Source: Balanoglossus misakiensis (lineage: Eukaryota; Animalia; Hemichordata). From it: 64,000 nt of DNA. Where the stretch lies: positions 4,652,156 through 4,716,155 of the forward strand of contig CM082588.2 of assembly GCA_040954595.2 (NCBI GenBank), written 5' to 3'. Both the position numbers and the translations under genes were made by a program. Below, one piece after another: positions 34,461-48,200 of the stretch (positions are counted from its first letter, which is position 1; the number at the start of each line of letters is the position of its first letter). The notes beneath the pieces were generated by a model. It saw only the letters and a program-made list of their open reading frames with translations. It searched no databases and was not told the origin of the DNA.

Positions 34461-36793
34461 TCAGACATAAGATTCTGCAAAATCTAAAATATCTGGAAAA
34501 TCGCTGATGACGTCGTAATTTCTTCCTTCGTTAAAAGCCCTCCTTTCGCTGAATATAAACGTCGACCAATTCGATACACCAACACCGACGAAAATCTTGC
34601 TTCCTGATTAAAAAAGATCAAAGCCAGTGAGAAAATGTCGTACAATCTATTTAGAATGAGCATGCATACAGATGGGTATGATACACAAACATATCAACCT
34701 CTGAAGAAAATAATAAACGGGTGCGACACCAGTTACTTCAGTCACCCACTGCAAGAATTTACAACTATCCGGTGGCATGCGCACACAGGTATTCGACTCT
34801 TCACAAATTCAAAATGGCGTCGTTCTCCTGTCGACTAAGGATGAGGAAAAGATAGAAGTATTTCATCGTTAAAAATAAGTGGCTGCTATTATGGCTCTAA
34901 ACAGTTGGACATAATTATTTTGTGTTATACTTACTGGCACATATCTCCTGTTCTGTCAACGATATGAAATAATCGTCAGTGATGAAGGAGTCAATGTCAG
35001 GGTTGTGTACATCAAATACATCATCAATGGTGAGAATATCCGAGATTCCTTGCGTATAGAATTGCTTCATTATGTTCTGTAATATAGAGTCACATAGTTT
35101 TGATTACTAACTTGTATCTCTGTCTTTTTCTGATGTGGTGAGTTTTGCAGCATCCCTCTGCTCATCTCTATTCAGAAAGGAGACGCCAGCAGAGTTTTGA
35201 TGACAATTGTATTATTAGATTCATTATAACGAAAAGAGGTTGGCAATTTCTCGCCGTATTGGCATCGCTGGTGTTAAGTGTTTACCTCGCGGGGTTCTGC
35301 CGGCGCACTTGCTACAAACACGCAGCCGATCGACTCCTCCTTCATCATCGCTGAAATATGAGACGCGAGGCTTTTCAGGATTTTGCTTTGAAACGTCAGG
35401 AGACCGCTACAGCGTGGATCATCACTGCCTCTTAAATTACCCGTACGACATCTGTGAAATGAAAAAACAACACGTTATGATGGGGGCGGTTAAAAGCACG
35501 AGGGGCTGAGAGAATCACAGATTGTAATGGTCACCAAACAGAATATCACACAAATTACGCCATAACATTATTAACCCTTTCACCACCATGGTTTAGTCCA
35601 AACCCATAGTTTTTTATGATAAAGTTGGACCTCTATAGAGGGAACTGGGGGTGAAAGGGTTAAGGTGGAATTCACTTCGAAAATCACAAAGTTTTAAACT
35701 TCCCCTCATCATATCAAGGTAGCTTTATATTGTTTTCTCTTAAAATTGAGAATATTATAATACTCACCGTTCGCCTGTTTTATTTCTCCAATGAAAACTT
35801 AGAATTGGTTTTCCATCACAGAGCTTAGGCAGAACTTCTTCAACGCAGGTTCGTACAAATGATGCTCTCACCAGGTGGCTATCGATGCCTCGTGATACGC
35901 GGTCCATGTGCGGTAGACGCGCCTGTTCAAACGCTATCGGCGACAGCATCACCACGCATGGTTGGTCTTCGGTGTTTTTTATTCCCCGCCAAGAATTGGC
36001 TACCGAGTGTGGCATATGCACGCTGTTGACGTCCGGGATAAGAATTCCAGCGTGATCACGAAGCCAGTTGGCGTGCTGTCGATAGATTCTCGGCGTCATT
36101 AGGGACGAACTCCTCGCAGGATTGAAAAACATCCACACACCTCTCACGTTGGGGCCGCACTTTTCCCTGAACTCTCTCATGCTGACGGCTGGCATGAAAT
36201 CCCGGAAAACAGAGGCATTGAACGTTTCATCGAAGGAGACCCTCCCTATGTGGTATTCTGTGCGATGGTGTTTGAACTCCGGCAGCACGATGGTCCTCTT
36301 TGAGTGCACTGCAAATTGAATCGCGATTTTTAACTGTCTGTACTGAAAGTTGGGCCCGCCACCCAAGTGTACGACCGGAAAGACGTAGCGATTTTCCATC
36401 GCGTGGCGTATATCGGTCGGGAGTACATCTGTGGAATAACCAGGCTTCTTTTCTGTTACATTCAAGTCTGTTGCGATGTTTCCAACACCCTGTTTTAACG
36501 ATAAAGGAACAACAGATGACTGTTCATGTACATGTACGGACAGGTGATTGTGGGCGATGACAATGTGTTTATCTACTGATTCAATTAGGAATAACATATA
36601 ACGAGTTTTGTGGTTAAAGTGGTTATCTTACCTGTTCATCTGTTGAAATAGTCAAGTTGCGAATTCTGCCGTGTCTCCCGTAACCCGCTTTGTGAACTGT
36701 CATTAATCGAACAAAATCTATCCTGAACAGGACTGGGTACACAGCTGCAGAAATGCACATCAAAACGATCACGCCGAGGAAAGCCCTCTTCAT
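34461..36793 (-). CDS. O-fucosyltransferase-like GT-B glycosyltransferase, copy C, 5 exons, ~444 aa
   Basis: Exons 36793-36632, 36489-35768, 35451-35286, 35076-34935, 34603-34461 (1335 nt). Same motifs and phases. An in-frame upstream ATG also exists. Confidence 0.85.
35571..35663. mobile_element. ~90-bp piggyBac-like MITE, family 2 copy b
   Basis: TTAA-ccctttcacc ... ggtgaaaggg-TTAA in intron 2 of copy C. Homologous to 17843-17936. Confidence 0.82.
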
Positions 36794-37230
36794 CTTAACC
36801 GTCGAAAGTGCAATGCCGCGCGACTGAAGTCCGCGATAATGCGATTCGCATCCCACATCGTTCATCATGATTGCTAAGCCCTAATGTGGCTGCAGCTATC
36901 ATCTGACAGTTCGTCAGCTGGACGACATTTGTGTGCGCAGGTTGTATCATTCCCTTACAGCTAGCGATTCTGTAGTTCGTACACGTGGACTAGAAAGGGC
37001 GGACATTTTGTGAATATCGGACAGCATATAAAAAAAGTGATTACACGACTGCAGTTTACCTCAGATTCTTATAAATTGTAGACTGATTCTCTTTTCTGCA
37101 ATTACTTCTAACATAATCCTTATAAATGTTTCCACTACAATAAGATTGTTCTGCTTTTAAGTGTGGCGGTATCTCCCTATAAGCTAAAACCTAAAGCACT
37201 GACACACACCCAACCCCAATAACTATCAAC

Positions 37231-40200
37231 TCAGAGAAAATCTTTCGCAACGTCCACAATGTCAGGGAAATCTTCGATGAGGTCATAATTCTCCCCTCTG
37301 TCAAATGCCCGCCTTTCACGGAAAACGAACGTCGACCAATTTGATTTACCAACGCCGATAAATGTGTTGCTTCCTGTAGGTAAACGGTGAACAGAACCTG
37401 AATCAGCATCTACATTCCCCGAACCTCACTTTTGTTCATGATTCCAATTTACCTTCACCGTTTCATTCTCATGTCCCGGGGTACATTTCAGAACCCCCAA
37501 ACCATGTCAGACCAATGGCCATAGCCGCAGACGGGCCGACCACACGCAGTTCTTTAACATACAGAAAATAAAACGCTGAACATTGAATTGGCGTTAAAAC
37601 ATTACCGGTATTACTCTACCACACCAAACCCCTTATATGACCTGAAAATAGAGTTCAAACTTACGTGCGCAGATTTCTTGTTCTATCAACGATATGAAGT
37701 AGTCATCGTGACGGAACGAATCAATATCGGGGTTGTGCTTGTCCAAGACGTCGTCTATAGTGAGAATCGCCGAGATCCCTTGTGAGTAAAACTCCTTTAT
37801 GATATTCTGTAATGTAGAACCAACGTTATTAACATCTATTAATTTCTAATCTAAACGTCATCACCATCATTGTAGATTCATGGATTATTATATCAATGTA
37901 TACATGAAACATATTGAAATGAATAACCAAGGATTAGATAGGCGAGGGTTAGAACACATTAAACAGAATATGAGACGAAATGCCAATTAAGTGTAACACC
38001 TGGTGTTGTTAATTAACTTCCATTGGTACTTGTTTAGCTACCTTGTAAATAATGAACTGTTCTCGTCGTTTGTATAGATGTTAAAGCTAAAAACGTTGCT
38101 ATCGGATTTGCCGCAATAAGCTATTTGCTGTAGATTTTTTGCTGTGTGGTGTTCAACAAAACAGCCGTCTATAACGCCGCCGTTATGGTTAATATTCTTC
38201 TTGTAACACATTGCAGTGTTTGCATTTTGATAAAAATACAAATATGATGTAAGAGAAGCTATATCATATTGGACAATAAGCTACACATCAAACAAGAATG
38301 ACACAACAAATATACTAAACCGATCGTGTATATACAACATAGGAAGCGTGCACAGGCGATCTTTCAAACTGCATTATCTTGTCCGCTGGTTAGCATCATT
38401 GGAGGTAAGAAGCCGCGATGGTGGAGGGTATGTCTTTTCCTTATTTATTGAGACTGATACGCTCAACAGAAAATGGCCATAAATTTTGCTGCCTTGAATG
38501 CGTATGATAACTTACCTGTCGTGGTTCTGCAGGGGCACTTGCTATGAAAACGCAACCAAGGTTATTCTGTTTCATTATGGATGAGATATGTATGGCGAGG
38601 TTTTGTATAATTTCCAGTTGCACCTGAAGAAGAACGTCGCACTTTGCATCTTTCGTCCTTTCCTTTTCTACATCCATTCGACATCTAAAAGAAACACAAG
38701 TCTTAAATAGTAGTTGGTAGCAGAGGTGAAAATAAAATTGCTTCTGGCAAATTCACAAAACGTAGAGTCTAATAAATGTTATACTCACTCTTCGCCTGTT
38801 TTGTTTCTCCAGTGGAGACCCAAGATTGGCTTCCCATCGCATAGTTTAGGCAGAACGTCTTCGGCGCAATTTTGTAGAAATGACGTTCTCACCAGATGAC
38901 CGTCGATGGCCTGCGATATCCGATCCTTGTTTGAAACACCCGCCCTCTCAAAGGATATCGGTGACAGCATGACCACGCATCGCAGGTGAGCGGTCGTGTG
39001 GATCCCACGCCATGCTGCGTCGACTGAGTATGGCATAAGGACTTTGTTGACTTTTGGAATTCGAATGTCGGCGTGCTCCAGGAGCCACTTGGCATACCTT
39101 CGATAGACCCTGGCCGTCATCGTGGATGCTGGCCGCGAAGGATTAAAGAAAGTCCACACTCCGCTGACATCAGAGCCGCACTTGTCCCTGACTTCTCTCA
39201 TGCTGATAGCCGGCATGAACTCCGAGAAAACACTGGCATTAAAAGTTTCATCGAAGGAAACTCTTCCCATGTGGTAATCAGTGCGATGATGCGTGAACTC
39301 TGGCAAAACAATAGTCCTGTTCATGTGCACGGCAAATTGAATCGCGATTCTTAATTGCCTGTATTGAAAGTTTGGCCCACCACCCAAGTGAACAACAGGT
39401 AGGACGTAACGATCTTCCATGGCACGGCGTATGTCAGTCGGAAGTACACTTGTAAAGTTGCTCAGCTGAGAGGGTTGGCTTCCAGCATACTGTTCAACAG
39501 AAAGGGAAAATGACAGGTTAATATGACCTAAGCACTGCCAAGAGCGTTGGACATGATGTTACGTTCTGCACCATCTGATCAGAAAACACACACAAGTATG
39601 CTGAATTTCAGATTTGTTGAGTGTGGGATTCAAGCACTTAGTTGACAGTTTAAACGTTATTACCTCAATGTGTGGGATGTTTGTATTTCTGTTAGACATT
39701 GGCTGGATCATTAAACGTTCATATATCGAGCAAATGTTTAACATAAATATTATTGGGATGACTCAACATGTTCGTTGCCAGTATATGGTAGAAATGCAGT
39801 CACGAATTATTCTCAGCGACTTAACGTCGATGCACATATACTTTCTTAGCGAATTAATTACTTAGAATACACATAGACGTGGCAGTGTTGAGATCGGTTC
39901 TACAAGAAGGTGAAACATGATTAACGAAAAGTATGTGTGTGGGGGGAGTGGTGCTTGTGTGTTTCTGATGTATACCTGTCGACCAAATGAGTGGAAGTCT
40001 TGTGAACTTATTCCAGCAGAAAGGGTTTCGCTTTCAACAGTCATTTTTCCATGATATTGTTTTTAAATTACCGCCCTTACTTTAAAATATCAGCGTCAAA
40101 TGTCCAGTTCACTTAAAGTTCTCAGTGCGCCTCCAAGAAATAAATACCAGTAACAATGAACATATAATTAAAACATCTAAATTTGACTGACTTACCTTTC

Positions 40201-40366
40201 GATACTTTGAACTAGATAATGCCAGGTTAACTCCGCTTTCCTTTTCATAACTGGTCATCTGATCCGAAATATCTCGAAATTCATTCTTGAACAGGATAGG
40301 GTAGGCTGCAAAAACGACAATAAAGCTAATGATTGCACCGAATGAAAATGTTTTGACGTTTCCCAT
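37231..40366 (-). CDS. O-fucosyltransferase-like GT-B glycosyltransferase, copy D, 5 exons, ~441 aa
   Basis: Exons 40366-40196, 39489-38789, 38684-38516, 37806-37665, 37373-37231 (1326 nt). Same motifs and phases. Confidence 0.85.
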
Positions 40367-41994
40367 GATGGTGGCACTTCACTTGTGAGAGCATTCGATC
40401 TTCCTCGACGCTTTTATTGTCGCCGGAGCACGAACCCAACAGATTTAATCTTACTAAGTACAAATGTCTACTTGATATGGGTAAATAAGGCCGCGCGTGG
40501 CACGGATATTTAATGTGCGACGCATTTCCTGGGTTGATTTACGGTGAAGAAGAATACGAGGAAAGCAACTGATTTATTGACTGCATTTAACATGATGACA
40601 GAAAGTCATTGCTTGTTGGTCGATAACCCCATTTGGACAGTATAGTTGAGATGTGACATCTACAAACCCGCCTCGTGTTTTTTTTCTCTCTCTGAGCTAT
40701 TACATCGAATTCCTTCACAAACCTTAGTGCAGTGTGAAGTCGGTAATTTAATAAAGGTAAACGTTGTGAAGTGCAGTTCACTTCCATCGAAACGTGGCAA
40801 CCACTTGTGAAATCTGAACACCAAATCCCGCTATAAAACGGGAACCATGGGAATTTGAGCGCTGCGAGTGAAAACACTACAGCCTCGGAATACATGAAGT
40901 TTACTTCATGGTAACATTACATGTAATAACAGCATGTCCAGAACATGCTCCATCTATACAAGGGTTTCGAGAGTTGGTCATGAACAAAGTGGTTGACAGG
41001 TGAATGACATGCGTTCGCCTGTCAATACGTGCGACCAACTTCTCTGTAATTTAGAACAGCAGGGCAGGACACGTAATGCGTTAATGAGATGCAAAGTGTC
41101 GGACAGATGGTGCCACTTCGAAGTCAAAGTTTGTTTTCAAAGTGACGTCATGCATCGTGTTTTCCAAACGTCGTGACTAGCAACACATCGTCCCTTACCT
41201 ACACAAGAATCGCGAAGCATATTAAAACCACACAATCAAGCGAGATCGGAGGACAAACCTACAGAGCTAGAGACATGACAGCCTCATTGTATTTAACACA
41301 CATATGCCTAGTTGTCATTTATTTCTATGCAATCCACGTCAAGTGCCCCCGCTGATACTGTAGGTCATACTGGTAAAGGTTGAAAGATTAAGACTATGGT
41401 ATATCCAGTTATTGATGGCAAACTTTTATTTGCAACGACAGCTGTTGTAATCCGCAGTAATTTGTAAAACTCAATCTTTTACTTGCCTCGCTTAATCAAA
41501 GCGGCGCAGAGCCCAATAAAATTGCTAATAAATTATACAAATCACGCGATGGCATCCAGTCAAATGGTGGACTAGTTACGATCACTTAGTATACTCGCCA
41601 ATACCACCCTATTATTAGTAGATCTGCAAACCACTATATGTAATGCCGCGTTGAGCACTTTTTCGCCAAAAATGTTGCAATACTATAGTAATGTCGCGAT
41701 TTGAATTACAAGTACAAATGTATATTGCAGTTTATACCTTTCGAAAAAGACTCGTTTCACTATATCTCGCCACGTGTTAATTAATACAGCTGTCATTCTG
41801 CAGATGAAACTCTGGGACAAAGCTTCAGCTAATAGCATCCGCACTGCGCCAATCGATATTTTATCCATTATCAAAGGATTGAAAGGTCGTGATCTGCTTT
41901 TAATCCATAGCACACCTGCATCTGAGCGTGGAAAGCTTTTGGTTCTATTTGCTGATACACATGCAAGGCTTCCACTGCTCAAACCCCAGGCGGT

Positions 41995-44281
41995 ATGAAT
42001 GCGAAGGGTTTGTTGCTAACTGTTTTTACCATATACGTTTTGATATCCGCGGTGATCTACACATTCTACCTAAAACAGTCACATTTCCGTCCGCGCTCAA
42101 GTTTAGATGACGACAGCGACGCAGTGCGCGATGAAGACGCTTCAGAGCGTCCAGATCACGTAAGTATAGTCCCGCAAAAATGGCATATGGTTTTGAAAGT
42201 TTTCATGAGTTACAATTTGTCTTTTACTTTCATAGCAGAACATTTCATGGGTTAATTTTCGTTGCAAAAGTATATTGTACGTCCATTCAGGTATTTTTTA
42301 GCCTTGAGGCTTAAAATTTCAAGGAAAGGGACGCTCCAAGCGTAATATTTCAATTTCTAACGAACGAAGAATATTAATCAAATTTATTGGTTCAAGGTAA
42401 CGTCGCCCGGATGGCGCTTTGAAGTAGAAACACCTACAACTTTTGTCGAAGAAGAGAAAGACACATGGGTGACAACGAGTCAAGTCGACGATGGTAATGT
42501 TGTCAGCGACAAGCAACCCGAAAAATTCTTCAAAGTGAGCCATATCAACTCGACAGTGACACTTCAGTTGATGGCACTTGCGGATAATAATGGGGATGAT
42601 CCAGGGGATATACGAGCGCCATCTGGCAACTACACAAATTACGTTCTTCCAGCCGAGAGGCGTCAAACTATGCGCGGTCGCTATCTGTTCGCTTTGCCAG
42701 GTTTCAACGGCGGCCCGAGCTTCCAGTACGAGCAGTTCAAAGAGATCCTGCAGATCGCCGTGTACACAAACAGGACGATCGTCCTACCGGCTTTCAAGCA
42801 CCACCGGGCCGTTCTGGGCCACGGGCGGGTGTCCTTCCAACACACGTTCGATGCCAAGCTCCTGAAGGAGTTCATACCGACGATCAGCATTGAGGAATTC
42901 GTAGCCAGGTGTGGCGACTACATTGAGGACGTGTGGACGTTCCCGTGCAGGTTCCGCGCCAAGAGACTGGCCATGACGTACCAAGCGCAGCGCATATGGC
43001 TGAGACACCAGGCCCCACTTGAGATACCCCCTGCATCGCACATTCCACCAACATCCACCGCCAAGTGGAAGCGAGCCTTTGAAGACACGGCTGGCTCTCC
43101 CTGTGTCGTGCTCACTAATCCTGTCCAGCTGAAATTCCTGGTTACCCCTTTCCCGGATATGGACAGGATCGCTGACGCAATCGATGGACATCTGCAGAGG
43201 GTGTCGTTTATAAGGAAGGCAGTCAGTGACGTCATGCCCAGACTCTGTGACGGAAAACCGTTCGTGGCGATGCATTGGCGAAACAAAACAGGGGAAAAGT
43301 AAGTAGTGGTAACGAAATATTGTTGGTTGGTCAGATGTCCTATTGTTTAGACAGTACATGAAGTGTGTTAACACTGTTGTAAACCACCTGTTGGAGTGTT
43401 GTCGCTGGCACCAAAATGATTGCCATTTCTTATCTATAAAACAGCTAAATTTAAGAAGATATATCTCACACGTGCACAGACTTCTTTAAATGCCACCTTC
43501 AAGCGATTTCTTGTTTCAATCATTCAGAATTCCATTCTCCCTCTTCCTACAGATGTCGCATCAACTTTCGCGGTTTCGGATCATCCCCAACTTGCCGTCG
43601 GATGGCGGAAAGCGTCGATGTTGTCAGACGCCACATATCAGCAGAACTTGCCCGGATAATGGAAAGACACCACACAAGCTGTCTCTACGTTGCACTGCCA
43701 CCACGCGAAGTCAAGGTGAGGTCGAAATTACCAAGTCAAGTTTCGATTCCCGTATATAGTGATTCTCACACTGTGTGGGAACTGTGTTATGAGAAAGATA
43801 GCCTAACATTAACACTAGTCTAAACGAAGATTTACTAAGCTTTCTGGCAGTGACAATATTTTCTTCATGTTCACAGGAAATCGTACCGTTCCTATCGGAA
43901 ACCATCCCGAAGGTTCAAGTCTTGGATGACGTCATGAAGCTTCGGAATCCGATCGTCGAACTGTTGAAAGACGACGACTACTATGTGTCTCTGTTTGAAC
44001 AGGAAATTTGTGCAAGTAAGTCACCTCCCTCCCGTCAATCCTGCTCATATGTTTGTTACCACTTAACATGGCTGTCCCTGCATTCGTTGAGTGCGTCACG
44101 CAACGAATTATCTGAGTTCTAATATTTACATTTTATCTCTTTTCATTTAGAATCGCACATTTTCATCGCCAGTGGAACTTCAAACTGGTCTGTGTTTGTC
44201 ATGAAGGAAAGGAGAGCATTCGGAAACATGTCAACATACGATATGGTCGACTTTCCTGGAATTGACTCGAAAGGACTATAG
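41995..44281 (+). CDS. O-fucosyltransferase-like GT-B glycosyltransferase, copy E (inverted, most divergent), 5 exons, ~499 aa
   Basis: Exons 41995-42159, 42397-43298, 43553-43715, 43877-44015, 44151-44281 (1500 nt). NGGPSFQYEQF, NRTIVLP, HWRNKTGE and EQEICAKSHIFIASGTSNWS. Confidence 0.85.
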
Positions 44282-45211
44282 TGAATTATTATGGCCTGAA
44301 TATGTATTACCTTTTTGTAATTCTCAGCCAAAATTTTATTTTCCTCGAAGAAAGCAAAATAATGTATTTATATCTGAGTTTCATTTTCGTCACTAATATG
44401 CCTTATGCACGAAAATTGCAGCGCCATCAGACGTTCGCATTTGTGAGACGTCGGTTTTCGTTTGTTTTCTTAAGTCTCTCCTGCATTGTCACACTGTAGC
44501 AGGCACTAGAACAGTCTTGCAAGTTTTCTGTTTCCCACAAAGATAGTTAGAACACGCGTGTTATTCCCCGGCAAAGAGTGCTAGTCGGAGCTGAAACAGT
44601 TGCATAAAATAACTTTTATGTTCATTTTGCAGTCAAAGACATACATGTATACATGATTGTATTATAGGGCCCGTGTAATTGCAGATCATGGTGAACAACA
44701 TTGAAAATAAACAAACATGATTTGTCTCGAATTATTTCTATCAAAGTTTATAATTCTCGAAAGGTCCCCAGATTGCATTAGCTTTCCCAGTTGTAAATTA
44801 GGCGCAGTGTCACGATGTTGGCCCCAAGAGTAAACAACAATATATACCAGAAAAACACCCTGACCTTGAAATACCAGAAAAGAAAACATTTTAAACCTGT
44901 TGCCATAAGATAATTGTGGAAGACCATAGACACTAGAGGGGAAGACCTACCACTACGTATACAAGACAAATGATCAAACAACGTACAAATCACGTATTGA
45001 AATTCAGTGAGGGAACAATTGATCCGTGTGGAAGGGCCATATGACTATAACCTCTGCTCTGACCCCTGTATTCGTTGAGTGCGATTTCTTGAGAATGTGC
45101 ATTGGTATTTAAATCATGATGCAGGACGGCGTTGTATGACTAAAGTGCCTCGCCAAGTGCTTCCGTCGATCTCACTTTTCTAACTCATGGTCTTCAGAGG
45201 ACATCACAGAA

Positions 45212-48200
45212 ATGGAGCTGAAGAAAACGGGTAGGGTTTGCTTCGGGCTTTTCATAGCCCAGTTTTACTGAACAACAATTTGGACCACATGCATTTGCTT
45301 GTCTCAATGCAAGCATTAACGGGACCCAACACCGCACAACAAATGGCATAACGGGTCGTTGTCCGGTCACATAAATCATGCTCGGCGCAATTCTGTATGT
45401 TATGGTATACTCTTGTCTGAATGAATTAGATATTCCGTTCGCTACATGATTATGAAGCCGAACAACATATGAATTTTTGAACTGATGCACTTTGACCTGG
45501 CAGGCCAGGGTTTCACTACGTCCACTTTGCTCAACAACAACTTTGATTTCCAAACTTTGTGGTTTAATTGTCTAACTTTTGTTGGAGCATGTTACCTCGA
45601 GAACTTGGAGCACATTCAGAACGAAACATTCAGAGGGTGAAACTTGAGATGATTATGTCGAATGATATCGACGACATTAATGTTCTATAACTACGTGATA
45701 AGCTTAGAGTTAGTGCATGCACGTTTGGTTTCAATGACCCTGCCATTTTAGGTTCTGTGTTCAGTTACGGGGTACTTGTCACCTAAGCATATATGCTTTC
45801 GTATTCAGTGTTCGCTACGTCACAAAAACAGGTGACGTTTTTTCTCGAGTCTTCACAAGTGATGGCCTGACCTTTACTATGAAGGGTGTTATAAAGAGCT
45901 TGGGTGTCACTGGTACAGTGTTGGTTATTAACGACCGACCATAATTTCTCTCTGCCAAGTGACAATTGTGCACAGTGTTTTCCCAGACATAATTTCCAAC
46001 GTAATTTTCTGTCTCTCGCTCTCTCTTTCTCACTATAACGTTTGTCACTTTAAAGGTTCAACCCTTGAGTACGACGATGTCTTGAAGCATGTTTTGGGAG
46101 AATTCGGACGTTACCAAGCCGTCTGCTTCTGGCTTCTGGCGCTGACGGCAATACCGTCGGGGATGCTAGCTTTCTCGGTCGTCTTCACCATGGCGCAGAC
46201 CGATTCCTGGTGCAAAGTTCCCGGTGCGGACCGCCTCGGCCAACAGCTGTGCGCGGCATCGAACCACTCCACCGCCGACTGCGCAGGCCTGGTGAAGAAC
46301 CTCACCATACCGCGGGAAACGAGTCCAGGGCAGTGCGGGGAGGGACTGAAGTACAGCCAGTGCTATCGCTACAACGTCACCGCCGATGAAATCCTTCAAT
46401 CAGCCACCGTTGGGGGCGAGGGAAGGGAACTCATTAAATGCGATCAGGGGTGGGAATACGACACGTCAAAATACAAACTCACGATATCTCAACAGGTAGG
46501 GAAATGTTAAATGCTGTCAAGCTGAATTGTCTATGATTAAATGATATCATTTCTGCTGTTTACCGAAACCGTATCGTTTCCTCACAATAGACCAATTTTC
46601 ACCAATAATTCAAAAGACGTTGAGTCAAAATCATCCATTTATGTAAGAAAACAGTCTATGATAAGTGGTTCATGTCTCTAAAACTGGCTTGCTTTGTTTC
46701 AGTGTCTTTTTCTCTCTCATTTTTTTCATCCAGTTTGATCTCGTGTGTGACCGCTACCACTTGAATGCTTTGCTGCAGTCCATTCAGTTCACTGGTTCTC
46801 TTATCGGTTCTTTCGTTTTTGGAATTTTCCTGGACAAGTAAGGAACGGTCTTATTCATAATGTAAGGTATACAATACCACGATTCTGGTCGAGCGCTTAA
46901 ATGAATGTACTTTTTGTCACAATGATTCCTAGAGAGTCGAAACATCCGCTATGCTACCGACAACACTATTGGTGTTAATTAAACAACAGTATCACCTAAA
47001 GCGGTCTAAAATAATTGAGGGATCACAGTAAAAAGTGGTGTTTTCAATTTTGCAGGTACGGGCGTCAACGTGGTCTTGTGTTATCGCTAGTGCTTCTGCA
47101 AACGTTTGGCATCACGGCGGTGTTTTCACCTGACTACACGTTTTATGCAGCGTTCCATCTACTCTCGTCCGTTGCTGTGTACTCCGTGTACCTCAGCGGA
47201 TTCGTGCTAGGTAAATATTCACGGCACAGCCCAGTTGCAATGATTGCTGATTTACTAGCTTTTTGTTTCACACAATAAACATACGTGACTGCTAGCAAAC
47301 GGTACGAAATTGCTTATGTCACTGAAGAGAGTCGATAACCTGTCACTATTTCCTGTGTTTCAGCGACTGAACATGTCGGACCTTCGAAACGCACTGCAGC
47401 CGGTATGGTTATAGCCATGTTTTACAGCGTTGGATACATGCTGTTGACGGGATGGGCCTACCTTCTCCGCGAATGGTGGAAGTTACAATTGGCGATAACC
47501 ATTCCCCACGCTATCTTTCTGCTCTACTGGTGGTAAATCCCTATCAGTTTGTACAACAACCTATTTGTCCGCTGAGATATTACACTGGTGCAGTGCAATA
47601 TCCAGATATTGAACTGTTGCATTGCACCATAACAAACACCCACATCATATTACAAGTTTAAAGAAAATTTGACAAAAAATTGTTACTTACCCTAGAGGAT
47701 GACCGCAATGGGCGCTGCAAGCCAGGTAGAAAGGCACCCTCGATTTTTGTCAAGTCACTTTCCATGACCGATGGTTTATGCACCAAAATCTTGGGGAATC
47801 TAGTCCATATCGTCACGGCCATGACCTGCACTTTCACTCGGTTGTCGTAAATGGCTCCGGGTAATAAATAGGTCGTTGCCGTCAGTACTTTCAGCGAATG
47901 TTGTTCGTGAGTCAAAGATTGACTTTCGAATGGTGGAGACGTGGCACCTCACTGACCATCTGACAAATGCCCTGACTGACTTCTGCGCAATCGAAGTGGG
48001 TCATTCACCAGGTGCATTTTGTGAAGCTTGTGATTGGTGTGATTGAGAACTTGTTTAGCATACGAAGATCACAGATGTTGCTACGTGTTGTAATTCGGAT
48101 AATGTACAGGCAGGCAGACAGACAGACAGACAGACAGACAGATCAAGTATAATGTATTACATGTACTGTTACTTTTCATCTTGAAAGGATCATACCCGAA

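Noticed and set aside
39976-40044. Possible extra stem exon in copy D (MTVESETL...GRQ|gt)
   Set aside because: No clean in-frame acceptor; exon 1 already joins exon 2 in phase.
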